Source: Eledone cirrhosa
Taxonomy: Eukaryota
Reading direction: 5' to 3'
DNA: 64,000 nt
Assembly: GCA_964016885.1 (NCBI GenBank)
Contig: OZ024743.1
Span: 270,940,001 to 271,004,000 of the forward strand
Shown here: positions 23,280 through 35,974 of the stretch, in pieces
Numbering within the stretch: the stretch's first letter is position 1
Layout: every line of letters begins with the position of its first letter
Made by a program: the position numbers and the translations under genes
Notes under the pieces: model-generated
Told to the model about the DNA's origin: nothing
Databases searched by the model: none
The model's input: the letters and a program-made list of their open reading frames with translations, nothing else

Positions 23280-25270
23280 ACTGATGTGCTTGTTGTGATC
23301 TATTTATGTATTATCTGATGTGCTTGTTGTGATCTATTTATGTATTATCTGATGTGCTTGTTGTGATCTATTTCTGGCTGTTGTGATGTATTTTTGTACT
23401 GTCTAATGTGTTTGTTGCAACATACCGTATTTGCGGGCGCCGAAGACGCTTCGTCCTCGAGAACGCACCCTAATTTTGACAACAAAAATTTAAAAAAATA
23501 ATAATAAACAAACTTCGGTCTCCAGGACACATGCTATATTTTTGAGACTTATTTTAGGGAAAAAGCAGCGTCTTCGACGCCGGGAAATACGGTAGTTCTT
23601 ATGGTTGAAATATCGTATGTGTTTGTTGCGATGTATTTCTGTAATGTTTGATGTGTTTGTTGCGATGTATTTCTGTAATGTTTGATGTGTTTGTTGCGAT
23701 GTATTTTTGTTTTGTCTGATGTGTTTGTTGCGGTGTATTTCTGTAATGTTTGATGTGTCTGTTGCGATGTGTTTCTGTAATGTTTGATGTGACTGTTGCG
23801 ATGTGTTTCTGTAATGTTTGATGTGACTGTTGCGATGTGTTTCCGTATTGTCTGATGTGCTTGTTGCGGTGTATTTCTGTAATGTTTGATGTGTCTGTTG
23901 CGATGTATTTCTGTAACGTCTGATGTGACTGTTGCGATGTGTTTCTGTAATGTTTGATGTGTTTGTTGCAATCTATTTATATAATATTTGATATGTGTGT
24001 GTTGCGATGTATTTCTGTAATGTCTGATGTGTTTGTTGCGATGTATTTATATAATGTTTGATGTGTCTGTTGCAATGTATTTCTGTATTGTCTGATGTGT
24101 TTGTTGCAATCTATTTATATAATGTTTGATGTGTCTGTTGCAATGTATTTCTGTAATGTTTGATGTGTCTGTTGCGATGTATTTCTGTATTGTCTGATGT
24201 GTTTGTTGCAATCTATTTATATAATGTTTGATGTGTCTGTTGCAATGTATTTCTGTAATGTTTGATGTGTCTGTTGCGATGTATTTCTGTATTGTCTGAT
24301 GTGTTTGTTGCAATCTATTTATATAATGTTTGATGTGTCTGTTGCGATGTATTTCTGTATTGTCTGATGTGTTTGTTGCAATCTATTTATATAATGTTTG
24401 ATGTGTCTGTTGCAATGTATTTCTGTAATGTTTGATGTGTCTGTTGCGATGTATTTCTGTATTGTCTGATGTGTTTGTTGCAATCTATTTATATAATGTT
24501 TAATGTGTCTGTTGCAATGTATTTCTGTAATGTTTGATGTGTCTGTTGCGATGTATTTCTGTATTGTCTGATGTGTCTGTTGCGATGTATTTCTGTATTG
24601 TCTGATGTGTTTGTTGCAATCTATTTATATAATGTTTGATGTGTCTGTTGCGATGTATTTCTGTATTGTCTGATGTGTTTGTTGCAATCTATTTATATAA
24701 TGTTTGATGTGTCTGTTGCAATGTATTTCTGTAATGTTTGATGTGTCTGTTGCGATGTATTTCTGTATTGTCTGATGTGTTTGTTGCAATCTATTTATAT
24801 AATGTTTAATGTGTCTGTTGCAATGTATTTCTGTAATGTTTGATGTGTCTGTTGCGATGTATTTCTGTATTGTCTGATGTGTCTGTTGCGATGTATTTCT
24901 GTATTGTCTGATGTGTTTGTTGCAATCTATTTATATAATGTTTGATGTGTCTGTTGCGATGTATTTCTGTAATGTTTGATGTGTCTGTTGCAATCTATTT
25001 ATATAATGTTTGATGTGTCTGTTGCAATCTATTTATATAATGTTTGATGTGTCTGTTGCAATGTATTTCTGTAATGTCTGATGTGTTTGTTGCGATGTAT
25101 TTCTCTAATGTTTGATGTGTCTGTTGCAATCTATTTATATAATGTTTGATGTGTCTGTTGCGATGTATTTCTGTAACGTCTGTTGTGTTTGTTGCGATGT
25201 ATTTCTGTAACGCCTGTTGTGTTTGTTGCGATGTATTTCTGTAACGTCTGTTGTGTTTGTTTCTGTAAAC
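23280..25270. repeat. 34-bp minisatellite (GATGTGTCTGTTGCGATGTATTTCTGTAATGTTT)n
   Basis: Period 34 (GTAATGTTTG at 23641 and 23675), with variant units recurring in 2-3-unit blocks. Confidence 0.95.
23425..23592. mobile_element. Tc1/mariner-superfamily (pogo/Tc2-like) MITE inserted into the minisatellite
   Basis: TIRs CCGTATTTGCGGGCGCCGAAGACGC / GCGTCTTCGACGCCGGGAAATACGG, with TA on both sides. Confidence 0.85.
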
Positions 25271-25481
25271 ATTTGCTGTCTCTATGTAAGAGTGGGCGCA
25301 GTATGGTCGAATTGTCAAGATGTTTGCTTTGCAATCATTAAATTCCAGGTTCGATCACACTACGTGGCATCTTGGGTCATCCCAAACCTTGTGGGTAAAA
25401 TTTTAATAGATGAAAACTGCTTGGAAGCCTGTCGGATAGACTGAACTATAATTCAAAAGACCACTTTCACCACACACAATG

Positions 25482-25676
25482 CAGACATGTCAACTCTCCC
25501 CGTCCGACGGGGAGATCTCCCACCCACTGTGGGGTGGGTGAGAGATGTCTTCTCTTGTGAAAATGGGTATAGCTTTCATTATATAAAATCTCCCCCTTTT
25601 GCCTCATTTCTCCCCGTTTTGGGGTACTTTTTGTCATGGTACTCCCCGTTTGGGTTTTTAGAGGTTGGCAGGTTTG
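25482..25676. mobile_element. 195-bp MITE with 13-bp imperfect TIRs and 7-bp TSD
   Basis: CAGACATGTCAAC ... GTTGGCAGGTTTG. CACAATG at 25475-81 and 25677-83. Confidence 0.75.
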
Positions 25677-26131
25677 CACAATGTCACACTGAATCTACAA
25701 GAAAATTTACATTAAGCGTACACATATCCGTGGAAAGCTTAGTCACTTACTTATACGTTAATGGGTCCAATAATTAGAACACTCATCATCGAAACCGACG
25801 AAAGTCCATTCTATGTAAGTATACGCATTGTAGTGTTTTGTGAGTAAAAAGATGTTATGAATCTCTTGTTTTCTGTCTGAATGTTTAAATCCGGTAATGG
25901 AGTTTGTTATGCACATATATAAGATACAAAATTCCTGTCTACCAAATTCTACTCTCATGGCATTTGTCAAACCGAGGCTATAGCAGAAGACACTTGCCCA
26001 AGATGTTATGAAGTGGGACCGAACTCAGAATCTCATGGTTCAGATACGAACTCCGTAACCACTCGGCCATACCCCCCCCCCACACACACACACATACACA
26101 TACACACACACATATTCATATATGTATATAA

Positions 26132-26182
<51 letters not shown>

Positions 26183-26192
26183 TATGCATAAC

Positions 26193-26287
<95 letters not shown>

Positions 26288-27049
26288 TTGTAATTCCACG
26301 CCATTAATTTCGCTCTGACTTTACACGCAAAAATATCCACCATGAACATAGTTTGCTCTTTCGCATGAACGAAAGGGCGAGAGCATAATGTTCGATATAC
26401 TTTCTTTTATTCATGCGTTAAGAATCACGGGGTCCACCATAAATAAATAAATAAAATAAAATAAATAAATAAATCATGTTGGTCTATCGCAGGTAAGCAC
26501 CATTAACAAGATGATCTACTAGCTGGATCAGCATTAAATATCTAGATGTTTCAACACCAATGTACAATGCTGGTTACCGCTCTGCATGTATTTTCTTAAT
26601 CAATCATGCCATAAGCTTTATGCCATTAACTCTATGTTGCTAAAGCTCGCTCTTTCTAACTATATTCCATTCAACTGTACAGATCTAACATCTGACCCCC
26701 CCCCCCCCCCCGAAACATTTTTATTTCGCTCTCTCTCTTTCTTTCTCTCTCCCATTTTTGCTATAACTTCCAAAAGTTAGTTGACATTGTCATAAGAATG
26801 TGTATTTTCACAACTCAGAAATGATTCAGCAGAATGTTTCAGCAGAAATTATCTATAAGTTCATTAGTTCAATTTATAGTCACTTTATTAATGGACAGAT
26901 CATTGTGAAAATTTGTGAGTCATTTTTTTTTTGGGGGGGGGGGGGGGGTCTTAAAACATTATTACATATATAAAGTTTTTCTCGACAGAGCTGTTCTGCT
27001 AAAGAATGGGTTACAGGTGGTGGTTAGTGATATGGCCACCGGATATGAT

Positions 27050-28655
27050 GGTTAGTTTCTATATAGACAGGCAGCTGCCGGACGAATAAGCAACCCAGGA
27101 CCAATAGCAGTAAACTACTAGGGGAGATGGAGCAATGGGTGACATATGTAGTTCGCCCCACAAAAAACTCTCACAACCCAGTGATATAGCTAGGACGAGG
27201 CGAGTAAAGGCCGCCTCTAAAAAAAGCCTAGTCTTCGCGGGTTGAGAAAGTACCAGATTGGTGACTGACGCGATTAAGACCACCAAAACTGCTATATGAT
27301 AAGAGGTCAGAAAAGGAACCATATCGCCCCGTCCTTCGTACGGGTTAACAAAGGACGCGTTCAGGCCTTAGGTAGAGGAGCCTGTTCGAAAAATATATTG
27401 CAGTCTCCATTTCATGCTGTGAAAACTGGTGATGAGTCTGAAACCTGTCCTGGGTGGCGTGGGATGGACACACAGATTGCGTATCCCGAGACACCAAAGA
27501 GAGTTCGCAAGGAGCAAACCTTGACAATCGGAACCTGGAACATCACAACCCTTACATGTAAGGAGAGGGAACTAGTGGAGGAGGCTGGACGCTAGATATA
27601 GTCGGGGTTTGCTCAATAAAGTTCTCTGGCTGACTCGTGTGTGTCGGGTGGCCTGGATCTCTGGAAAGGCACCTAAGCAACAACAATCGGATGTGATAAT
27701 CCCAATTTTTAAAAAGGAAGACAAGAGAGATTGCTTCAATTATAGAGGGATCTCCATGTTAAGCTACCCCGGCAAAGTCTATACTAAGTGTCTGGCAAAG
27801 AGATGTAGGGAAATTGTCGAGGCCAAGCTAGCTGATGAGCAGTTGGGTTTTCTCTCCGGACGCAGTTCAGCCCGCCATATATTCACACTGTTACAGGTAT
27901 TTCAGAGAGACATGGTATTAACTCGACAGAAGGTGATCTCCGACTTGCACTTGATAGGTTTGATGCTGAGTGTTGCATGGCTGGAATGAAAATCAGTGCT
28001 GCGAAAACTGAGACACTAGTCCTCTCAAGGAAGTCTCTGCAGTGGATTCTACATGTGAGTGGAGTTCCACTGAAGCAGGTGAAGAACAAATATCTAGGGG
28101 CCGTGTTCACGAGTGATGGAAGGCAGGAGGCTGGAAAAGTGCAAGAATTACAGAAGCTGGTGCAGTAATGCGCCAGCTTCAGCATCCAGTAATCAGAAGG
28201 TGTAAAAGCCAAACTCGCTATCTTCAATTCGGTATTCGTGCCAACCCTTACCTAAGGTCATGAATCTTGAGTAATAACCGAAAAAATACGATCGGCCGAA
28301 ACGGGGTTCCTCCGAAGGGTCTTTGGAGTAACGTTACTCAGTAGAGTACGTAGCTCGGAAATCAGAGAGTTATTCAAAGTAGATCTGCTATTTCTCCGAA
28401 TTAAGAGATCACAGCTCCGATACTATGGACATGTGGTTAGAATGTCTCAGGAAAGAATCGCTGGACAGATTTTACAGGCAAAACCAGCCGGCAGGAAACT
28501 CAGGGGTAGACCCCGAGGACGATGGTTGAATAACATCCATGAGCTCGGCTAGTCTTGCTTATGGATCCAGTCGGATCGGTTGCTTCTGGTAGGACTCGCT
28601 GGAAGGAGTGTTTGAGGACTCTACCCCCACGACCTTTTCAGGAATAAGTGGGCGA

Positions 28656-28723
<68 letters not shown>
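27050..28723 (+). mobile_element. Internally deleted RTE-clade LINE with (TAG)n tail
   Basis: APE start LTIGTWNITTL; RT segments IIPIFKKEDKRDCFNYRGISML, EQLGF, MKISAAKTE, KYLG; C-terminal LRYYGHVVRM..RGRPRGRW; (TAG)n at 28661-28723. The 5' boundary is approximate. Confidence 0.88.
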
Positions 28724-28724
<1 letters not shown>

Positions 28725-29039
28725 TAATTATCTTTTAACATCCTGTCATGGTTTAGTAGAAAATATCTATAAATGGGTTGCTTTATTCAAATGTTTATAA
28801 AATCTTTACTAGTGGACAAATCGCTAGGAAAATTTGTAAAATTAATGTAGACATTAATAATTTCTAATGTGATGATGCAGTTATTTTTTCTGAAAATAAT
28901 GTTACGAATGCCAAGGTTTTAATTAACTCTTACCATCCTGTAATAATTTAGCATACTATACCTAAAAACCGGGTTCTTAATTCAAATGTTTATAGTATCT
29001 TTAATAGTGAACAGATCATTGTGAAAATTTGTCATATAT

Positions 29040-29845
29040 ATCAAATAATATAACACTAACTAATGTTTTTACTATATTAAATATGGTAACACTAACTATT
29101 GTTTTACTATATTAAATATTATAACACTAACTATTGTTTTTTCAATATTAAATATTATAACACTAACTATTGTTTTTGTTATATCAAATATAGTAACACT
29201 ATTCTTTTTATTATATTAAATATTATAACAGTAACTAATGTTTTTACTACGTTAAATATGATGACACTAACTATTGTTTTTTGCTATATAAAATATCGTA
29301 ACACTAACTTAATTATTCTTTTTACTACGTTAAATATGATAACACAAACTATTGTTTTACTACGTTAAATACGATTTCTACTATAGGCACAATGCCAGTA
29401 ATTTGGGGGGAGTGGAAAGTTGATTAAATCGACCTCAGTACATTACTGGTACTTTATTTTATCGACCCCGTAAGGATGAAAGGCAAAGTTAACCTCGGCG
29501 GAATTTGAACTCTGACCGTAAAGGACCATAACTATATGCTGCAGAGCATGGCGTCCGACTCTACCGCTACTGCCAATCCACCGCCCTTACTACGTTAAAT
29601 ATGATAACACAATTTTTTTTATTGTATTAAATATTATAACACTAACTAGTGTTTTTACTATATTAAATATGCTAACATTAACTTAACTATTGTTTTTACT
29701 ACGTTAGATATGGGGACACTAGAATTGTTTTTACTATATCAAATATGGTAGCATTAACTAATGTCTTACTATATTAAATATGATAGCATTAACTAATGTT
29801 TTTTATTAGGTTAAAAATGCGGACACTAACTATTGCTTTTACTAC
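29040..29845. repeat. Degenerate ~36-40-bp AT-rich tandem array interrupted by a - strand SINE (about 29375-29587)
   Basis: ACTAACTATTGTTTTTACTATATTAAATAT units. TACTACGTTAAATA is duplicated on both sides of the SINE. Confidence 0.8.
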
Positions 29846-30811
29846 TCAATATTGCTTTTCATCTTTTAATTTAGCTTCGCATGTAAACTTGATGAAAATG
29901 TCAGAATTTTCCCACAATTCTTAACATAATTCTCAAATCATCTGGTGTCCTTTGATGCATATTTATACTTCAGATTTAACAGAAAATAAATGACAACGGT
30001 GGTGGTATGGGGCTGGGTGGATGTGAAGTTATAATAAACAAAACATTTACTCTGTGTTATATGCAGTGGTATTGAACACGAAACCTCATGTTTTAAATGA
30101 TCTCCTGAAAGACTGAAAGATATGCTTGCGTTCATATGTGTGTCTGTGTGTGTAGATTTGGTTGTACAAACAACAGACATATAACTAAATATATAAAGTA
30201 GAGTATGTGTGTGGGGGGAAGCTACACCAGTGACTCAAGGACTCTGAATTTCGTGCTTAAAACGTGAAATTAAAGCCCCTAAAGTCACTGATGGGGTTTC
30301 ACGGCTCTCCTCCCTTTCCCTCTTCACTTTTCTCTCTATCTCTCCCTCTTTATATATATATATAAGAGGAAAGCACAAACGGGGGATATTTCCCATCATC
30401 AGTTGTCTGCTGGAGATCATGGACATTTCAACGCATTAAAGACTGTCTAGCTCCAGTGCGTCAATAACTATAGGAAGTTATTGGGGGAAAAGGAGAGAGA
30501 GAAAAAAATATAACAGAAGGTAAAAAAGGGGAAAAAACGGAAAAATAACATACCGAAGACGGAAACACGAAAAGCACTTGTATGTAAGCAACCGAAGAGA
30601 GAGTAAGGAAATTCAAAATCAGTTACTGGACTTAAGACCGAGACTGTATTGACGGTGAATCGGAAAGCGAAAAAAACAGGTCTGACCTCCGCAAGAGTAG
30701 GTGAAAAAGAGGCAGAGGCGAGAGAAACCGAAATGAAACATTGATTACAGGTTAAAATATAGTCTAGATAGACAAGAAACAAAACGAAGATGTAGTTTAT
30801 GGAACACCCAA

Positions 30812-31278
30812 ATGATTTAGAAGTCGACCTTAAGTAGAAGCAATAACATTAAGAAAGACATGAACGGCACCACAACACTTTCGTTTGAAATTTTGAAAGT
30901 AAGTTTATAAGTTTAAATTTTCATAAGTTTTTCGTAGTTGTCTCAGTGGACTGGCGGTAGGTACTAGACACGGTGGAGATGCTGGTCTTGGGTTCAATCC
31001 TGCTCGAGAGGTATATGTAATCTGTTTCGGTTTTTATTTTACATCCCATAGAAAAAAACTGAAAAGGCTTACCGGTAACCCTTCTCACGACCAGGATCGA
31101 ACTTCAGACCAAGATCGCCATCGTCTATGATTCCTCCAACTAGGACGCCAATACAGCTACAAAAGTATAATGAAAATTAATAATTATAAACCTACTTTCA
31201 AAATCAAAGTTAAAAAGATGTTGTGTCGTTCATGGCTTTCCTAGATGTATTAGTCATATTTAGGGATGACTTGTCAAT
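30812..31278. repeat. Old diverged inverted repeat, each ~220-bp arm containing a tRNA-like segment
   Basis: The left arm GAAAGACATGAACGGCAC..TTTTGAAAGTAAGTTTATAA..GGTTCAATCCTGCTCG matches the reverse complement of the right arm GAAAGCCATGAACGACAC..TTTTGAAAGTAGGTTTATAA..AGTTCGATCCTGGTCG. Confidence 0.7.
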
Positions 31279-31638
31279 CTTCTGGCTCTCCTATTATTCC
31301 TATGTGTGTTTAACTGTTGAATTAATTTAATTAGATTATTTTAACAAGCAAATAATATATATATATCCTAAACCGACGGTAGTCGGTTTAGTAATATTGT
31401 TGTCTTAGTGATTTCGTTGTATATATATATATATATGATAATAATGGAGGTGCGGCGTTGCAAATGGGTTACATATGAAAAAAGTTTGTCCTTCATCAGT
31501 GATCTTCCAACCATCATAGGCATTCATCGCTTTAAAGACCATATACCTCCGGTTGGTGCGAGCAACGGCTAAAAAAAGTCGTTGGGACACGTAAATAAAG
31601 GGGACGCGAGGGTAAACAAACAAAATAGTGAAGCAACA

Positions 31639-31691
<53 letters not shown>

Positions 31692-31694
<3 letters not shown>

Positions 31695-32110
31695 TGCCGG
31701 CTTAACGCAGGCTGGTTTTCCGACATGCCACCCTGAACGACATCATCAAGCGGAGCCTCGATGCAGCCAGCTTCCTGTCAATACTGGAGCCAGCTGGCCT
31801 TGGCCGTATTGCGAGTTGTTCTCTGCCTACAACCTTGTCGCTTCGGCCTAAAACCCAGACACTGCCTCCTGCAACGCGGTGGAGAGGAAGATAAACAAAT
31901 ACCGGGGTTTGACATGTCGCCGCCGATACCTCTAGTGTCCTCGGTCTCTGCTCTGCCGATTTTCTCCACAAAATCCGAAAGACAGCAGTTCACTTGAGGA
32001 AGAACCGCCATGAGACCAGGTGGCTGTCGCAGCAGGTGTTACTGGCCATTTTCCGGGGCATTGCCATTTTGTTTCGATCAGTCTGGGGTGTAGAGTCTGC
32101 TCCTTTCTCT
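31692..32110 (+). mobile_element. Degenerate C-terminal (RLE) fragment of a CRE-type non-LTR retrotransposon
   Basis: Across frameshifts: SCRLNAG..RHATLNDIIKRSLDAASFLSILEPAGLGR..AVERKINKYRGL..ETRWLSQQVLLAIFRG. The PD-containing segment appears deleted. Confidence 0.7.
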
Positions 32111-32224
32111 CTCTCTTTCTTTTGTTGCTTAATTCTCTTTTCTCGTTTTCTTTTTTTGCTTCATTTAAGTATTATTAATTTTTTAAATGTAAATATTATT
32201 GAACAAATAAATAACGCAAGGCAA

Positions 32225-32390
32225 ACAACTTTGGAAGAGGGGAAAGTCGATAAATCATCCCCAGTGCGTTACTGGTACTTTATTTTATCGACCCCATAAG
32301 AATAAAAAGCCAATCTATCCACGGCGGGGTTTGAACGCAGAACGTAAAGAGACGTAACTCTGTCGCAAAGCAGGGTGTCCAATCCACCAA
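32225..32390 (-). mobile_element. tRNA-derived SINE copy
   Basis: Reverse-complement central domain and B-box. Confidence 0.75.
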
Positions 32391-32696
32391 CCTTTCGTTT
32401 TACAAATAGCTGTAACGCAATTGAACGTTTTCAGGTGCTGTCGTTATGTCATTCTATTTTAAAAGCGATATTTGTTGTCCCCACACAAAAGCAAGATGGT
32501 GTAGAGCAGAACAAAGGGGAGACACAAAATAACTGAGGATGTCACAGAATGTGTGACGAAAGAACTTTGACAATAAATAAATAAATAAATAACCATCCAA
32601 TTAAAAAAAACAATCAACTAGAAATTTATAATAAACTGAAGTGAAGAGCAACAGGCGTATGCGCTTTTATTGGCAGCAAGACCCTCCCAAAGTATA

Positions 32697-32767
<71 letters not shown>

Positions 32768-32848
32768 AAAGTTTTATTTAAAATTGTTGGGTTACAACGA
32801 GTAAATAATTTATAACTGATATAAAGCACTCAACAAGTTTTGGAGTAG

Positions 32849-33052
32849 ATATACGATATTAAACAAATGGAAACTATATTTATAAAACCATATTTATTTC
32901 ATTATACATATTTCAGGGATACCATATTAAAAATTATATATTGTATTTTATCTGAAGAAGGCATGCCATATTTTTAATATGGTATCCCTGAAATATGTAT
33001 AATGAAATAAATATGGTTTTATAAATATAGTTTCCATTTGTTTAATATCGTA
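32849..33052. mobile_element. Fold-back pLTR fragment containing a complete hammerhead (32944-33009, +)
   Basis: Arms 32849-32933 and 32970-33052. TATTTTAT-CTGAAGA-AGGCATGCCATAT..ATATGGTATCCCT-GAAA-TATGTATA-ATGAAATA. Confidence 0.78.
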
Positions 33053-33211
33053 TATATATATATATATATATATTAAAGAGTTAAACTAGATTCAATGAGT
33101 ATATCAGAGAATGAGTTTTACAGTAGATTGGAGCACTCTACGGAAAAATAAATTTCCAGCGTTATTAATATTAAAATACAAATATTAATAAAATAGATGT
33201 TCTTTTGATCA

Positions 33212-33274
33212 ATTACATTTTATTATACATATTTCGGAGGTACAACAGTACGTCCTCATCAGACAAAATATAAT
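33212..33274 (-). ncRNA. Type I hammerhead ribozyme (related to the 18671 family)
   Basis: - strand ATTATATTTTGT-CTGATGA-GGACGTAC-TGTT-GTACCTCC-GAAA-TATGTATA-ATAAAATGTAAT, with a 12-bp stem I. Confidence 0.8.
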
Positions 33275-33693
33275 GATACATGACATACCCTGAGATGTTT
33301 AACCTTGTTTAACCTTTGCTGCTAGCCGTTAATATGCATAAGAAAAGTATATACTTTCAGACGTTCAATCATTTGGCAGGAAGGTATACGTTGCTGACGA
33401 TAGCTAATAAGTTTGAAACTAGTACAGCGTTCCTTTGTCAGTGTTGAACAAATGAGCAACGATGGTTGCTAGACACTGTACGGCTTAATTCGGGATGTTT
33501 GTTTACAAACACACCGAGCATTATAATAAATGTTCGGTGAATCCATACGTACATATATATATGTGTGTGCATGTATGTATATATATATACATACTACTGT
33601 ACGTCTGTATACATATATGTATGTACGTATACATACTTATATTTAAGTAACAGCCGTACTAAGAGTGAGAAATGAAATTTCGTTTCATTGTTT

Positions 33694-33759
<66 letters not shown>

Positions 33760-34031
33760 ATTAAACCAGTATTAACCTAGTAAGACCATTATTCTGCTCC
33801 AGTGCCGAGCCCTATATATATATATACCTTCTCGGCCCACATACCACAACGAAAATATATATTTTGTCGCATCACCAGTTTCAGGAGCAGATCGATACTG
33901 GAGTTGGGTCCATAACTCCTATGGGTCACCTTGTGCCAATCCTCGGCGAAACGCGCGTAAAAGGTCGATACGCAATAAATATTTTTCATATGTAAACGAA
34001 ACTTCCTCGTTTTTTCTATTATATATATATC

Positions 34032-34082
<51 letters not shown>

Positions 34083-34257
34083 TACGTTGATATGTTTTCG
34101 TATTCGTGTGCGCAAATACAAACATATATGCACACACACTCTTCCATTCATTAATCTCTTTTTCTAGCTCCGATGCCAGCTGACTGCAGTTTCATTCTTT
34201 TAAAGAAACTGTGAGTGACCTCTAAGAGGTCATTTCTAATTCAGAAAGAGGCTGTAT

Positions 34258-34268
34258 CAAAATGGCGA
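34258..34268 (+). promoter_or_regulatory. YY1-like/start-codon context CAAAATGGCG
   Basis: AAAATGGCG overlaps the TRAP1 start codon, a common arrangement in animal housekeeping genes. Confidence 0.45.
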
Positions 34269-34388
34269 CTTCTATCCGTACATGTGTGCCTTTCTACCGT
34301 TGCTTAACAATGAGAAAATTTTCAACCTGTGTGCGTCCTCTTCGAACTGTTGCTCAGCACACGAACACCACTAGGTCTCGGTCTGTCG
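34262..34388 (+). CDS. TRAP1: TRAP1 (mitochondrial Hsp90/HSP75) coding exon 1, mitochondrial presequence
   Basis: MATSIRTCVPFYRCLTMRKFSTCVRPLRTVAQHTNTTRSRSV is R/S/T-rich with no acidic residues. Donor G|GTAAGG, phase 1, compatible with the next exon. Confidence 0.75.
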
Positions 34389-34602
34389 GTAAGGACAAAA
34401 AAATATCCCATCCCTGTCCTCATCATCAGTTCTACCACCATCATCACCATTGTTACCTCATATATCGTTCTGTTTTTCTTACATTCCATTTTAATTGTAA
34501 ATACTCCACTCTATCACCGTCTCTACAGTTAGAACCATATATTCTATAGTTTGTGTCTATATATGTGCTTCTGGATATAAATAAATGTATATATATATAT
34601 AA

Positions 34603-34647
<45 letters not shown>

Positions 34648-35974
34648 GTATATACACACACACATGTGTATATCACACGTGTTTACCACCAAAGTAAAAT
34701 ATCCGTCTGTGTGTATATGAATATAGATAGATAGATGTTTATCATGTGTGTGTACACATATGCCTATATAATCGTATTTTATTGGTGTTCTTTAATTAAT
34801 AAATTATTATTGATATTTTATTACGTTGCAACAAATCCACACCTATGTATGTATGTATGTGTGTAGGAGTGAGAGAAGTGATAAGAGAGTGACTTTCGTA
34901 AAAATAAAATAAAATAAAGCATTTGGTTAGAGAATTAGAAACCTAGATACTGATGTGAACTTGCTACAACTAAGAATCGAAACCGAAAAACCTGTCGCAG
35001 AATCCGTCCACGGTCTTCTCGTGTTGTCTTTCTTCTGTTTAAAGTATACAATCACCGTGTAACTATCTCTCCCTTTATATATATATATATACTACCACAT
35101 ATATTTATACCTATGCAAACATTTAACATATACTCATATAGCTATACGTATTAATAGACGTAAATATCGGTGTAGTTAGTGTTTAAATAAATGCATGTCT
35201 TAACTTAATATCCAGTCGGTTATTTACATTGATATTATTTGTCTATCTATCTATCCATCCGTTTGCCTATTTTCCTATCTATGTCTGTCTGTCTGTCTCT
35301 CTATCTACCTATGTCTGTGTCTCTTTATCCTATCTATGTTATTATTCTAACAGTTTCGGCTTTCTCACGTGTTTGCTTGCCTTACCCTTCAAAAAATCGA
35401 CCTTTCTACCAACCAACTCAATTATTTACCGTTCCCCTTTTTTTGGAGTCCCATTTATCGACTTCTGTACCGTCGTTCGACCTTCTTAAATCATACCCAC
35501 CCACCCTTAAAACGAACTCGTTAAACTATGTGATCCAGTATATACTGTGTCTAAAATAATACACATGGAGGGTATGACAGACATATTTGATCACGTCTGT
35601 TCACTCAAGACAGGCCTAGGGCTAACAACTAATTATGTAACTACTACTAACATTACAGTAGTATGTATTAGTTTCTCCTTGCCACCAGTCCTTCAGTAGC
35701 TTCTACGAGGTCTCTATCTGCTAGAAATAGCAGCCAAATTTTCCTAAAACTGCAGCCTTAAAGAAAATACGAAGGCCACATTGAATGTAGTAATCATAAA
35801 TAACATCATGCCTGCGAAGAAAAAGAAAGATTGGATGGTCAAACCTGGAACGCCGTCTAAATTAACGTCTGTTAAATTAGGGGCTGACTTGGTTCAAAAC
35901 ATTAACGGGCCAACTCTAAACTGGTCGTTTGAATTAATAGAAATAGCAGCTAAATCTCCTTAAAATCAAACCCT

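Noticed and set aside
25751-25877. - strand coding exon with GTAAGT donor
   Set aside because: Stops in all three frames before the donor
33790-33970. Hammerhead with GAAA-CGCGCG-TA
   Set aside because: The 3' half is plausible but there is no CUGANGA core upstream, so it is at most a remnant
34943-35000. Hammerhead (CTGATGT..GAAA..GTC)
   Set aside because: Stems I and III cannot be paired convincingly
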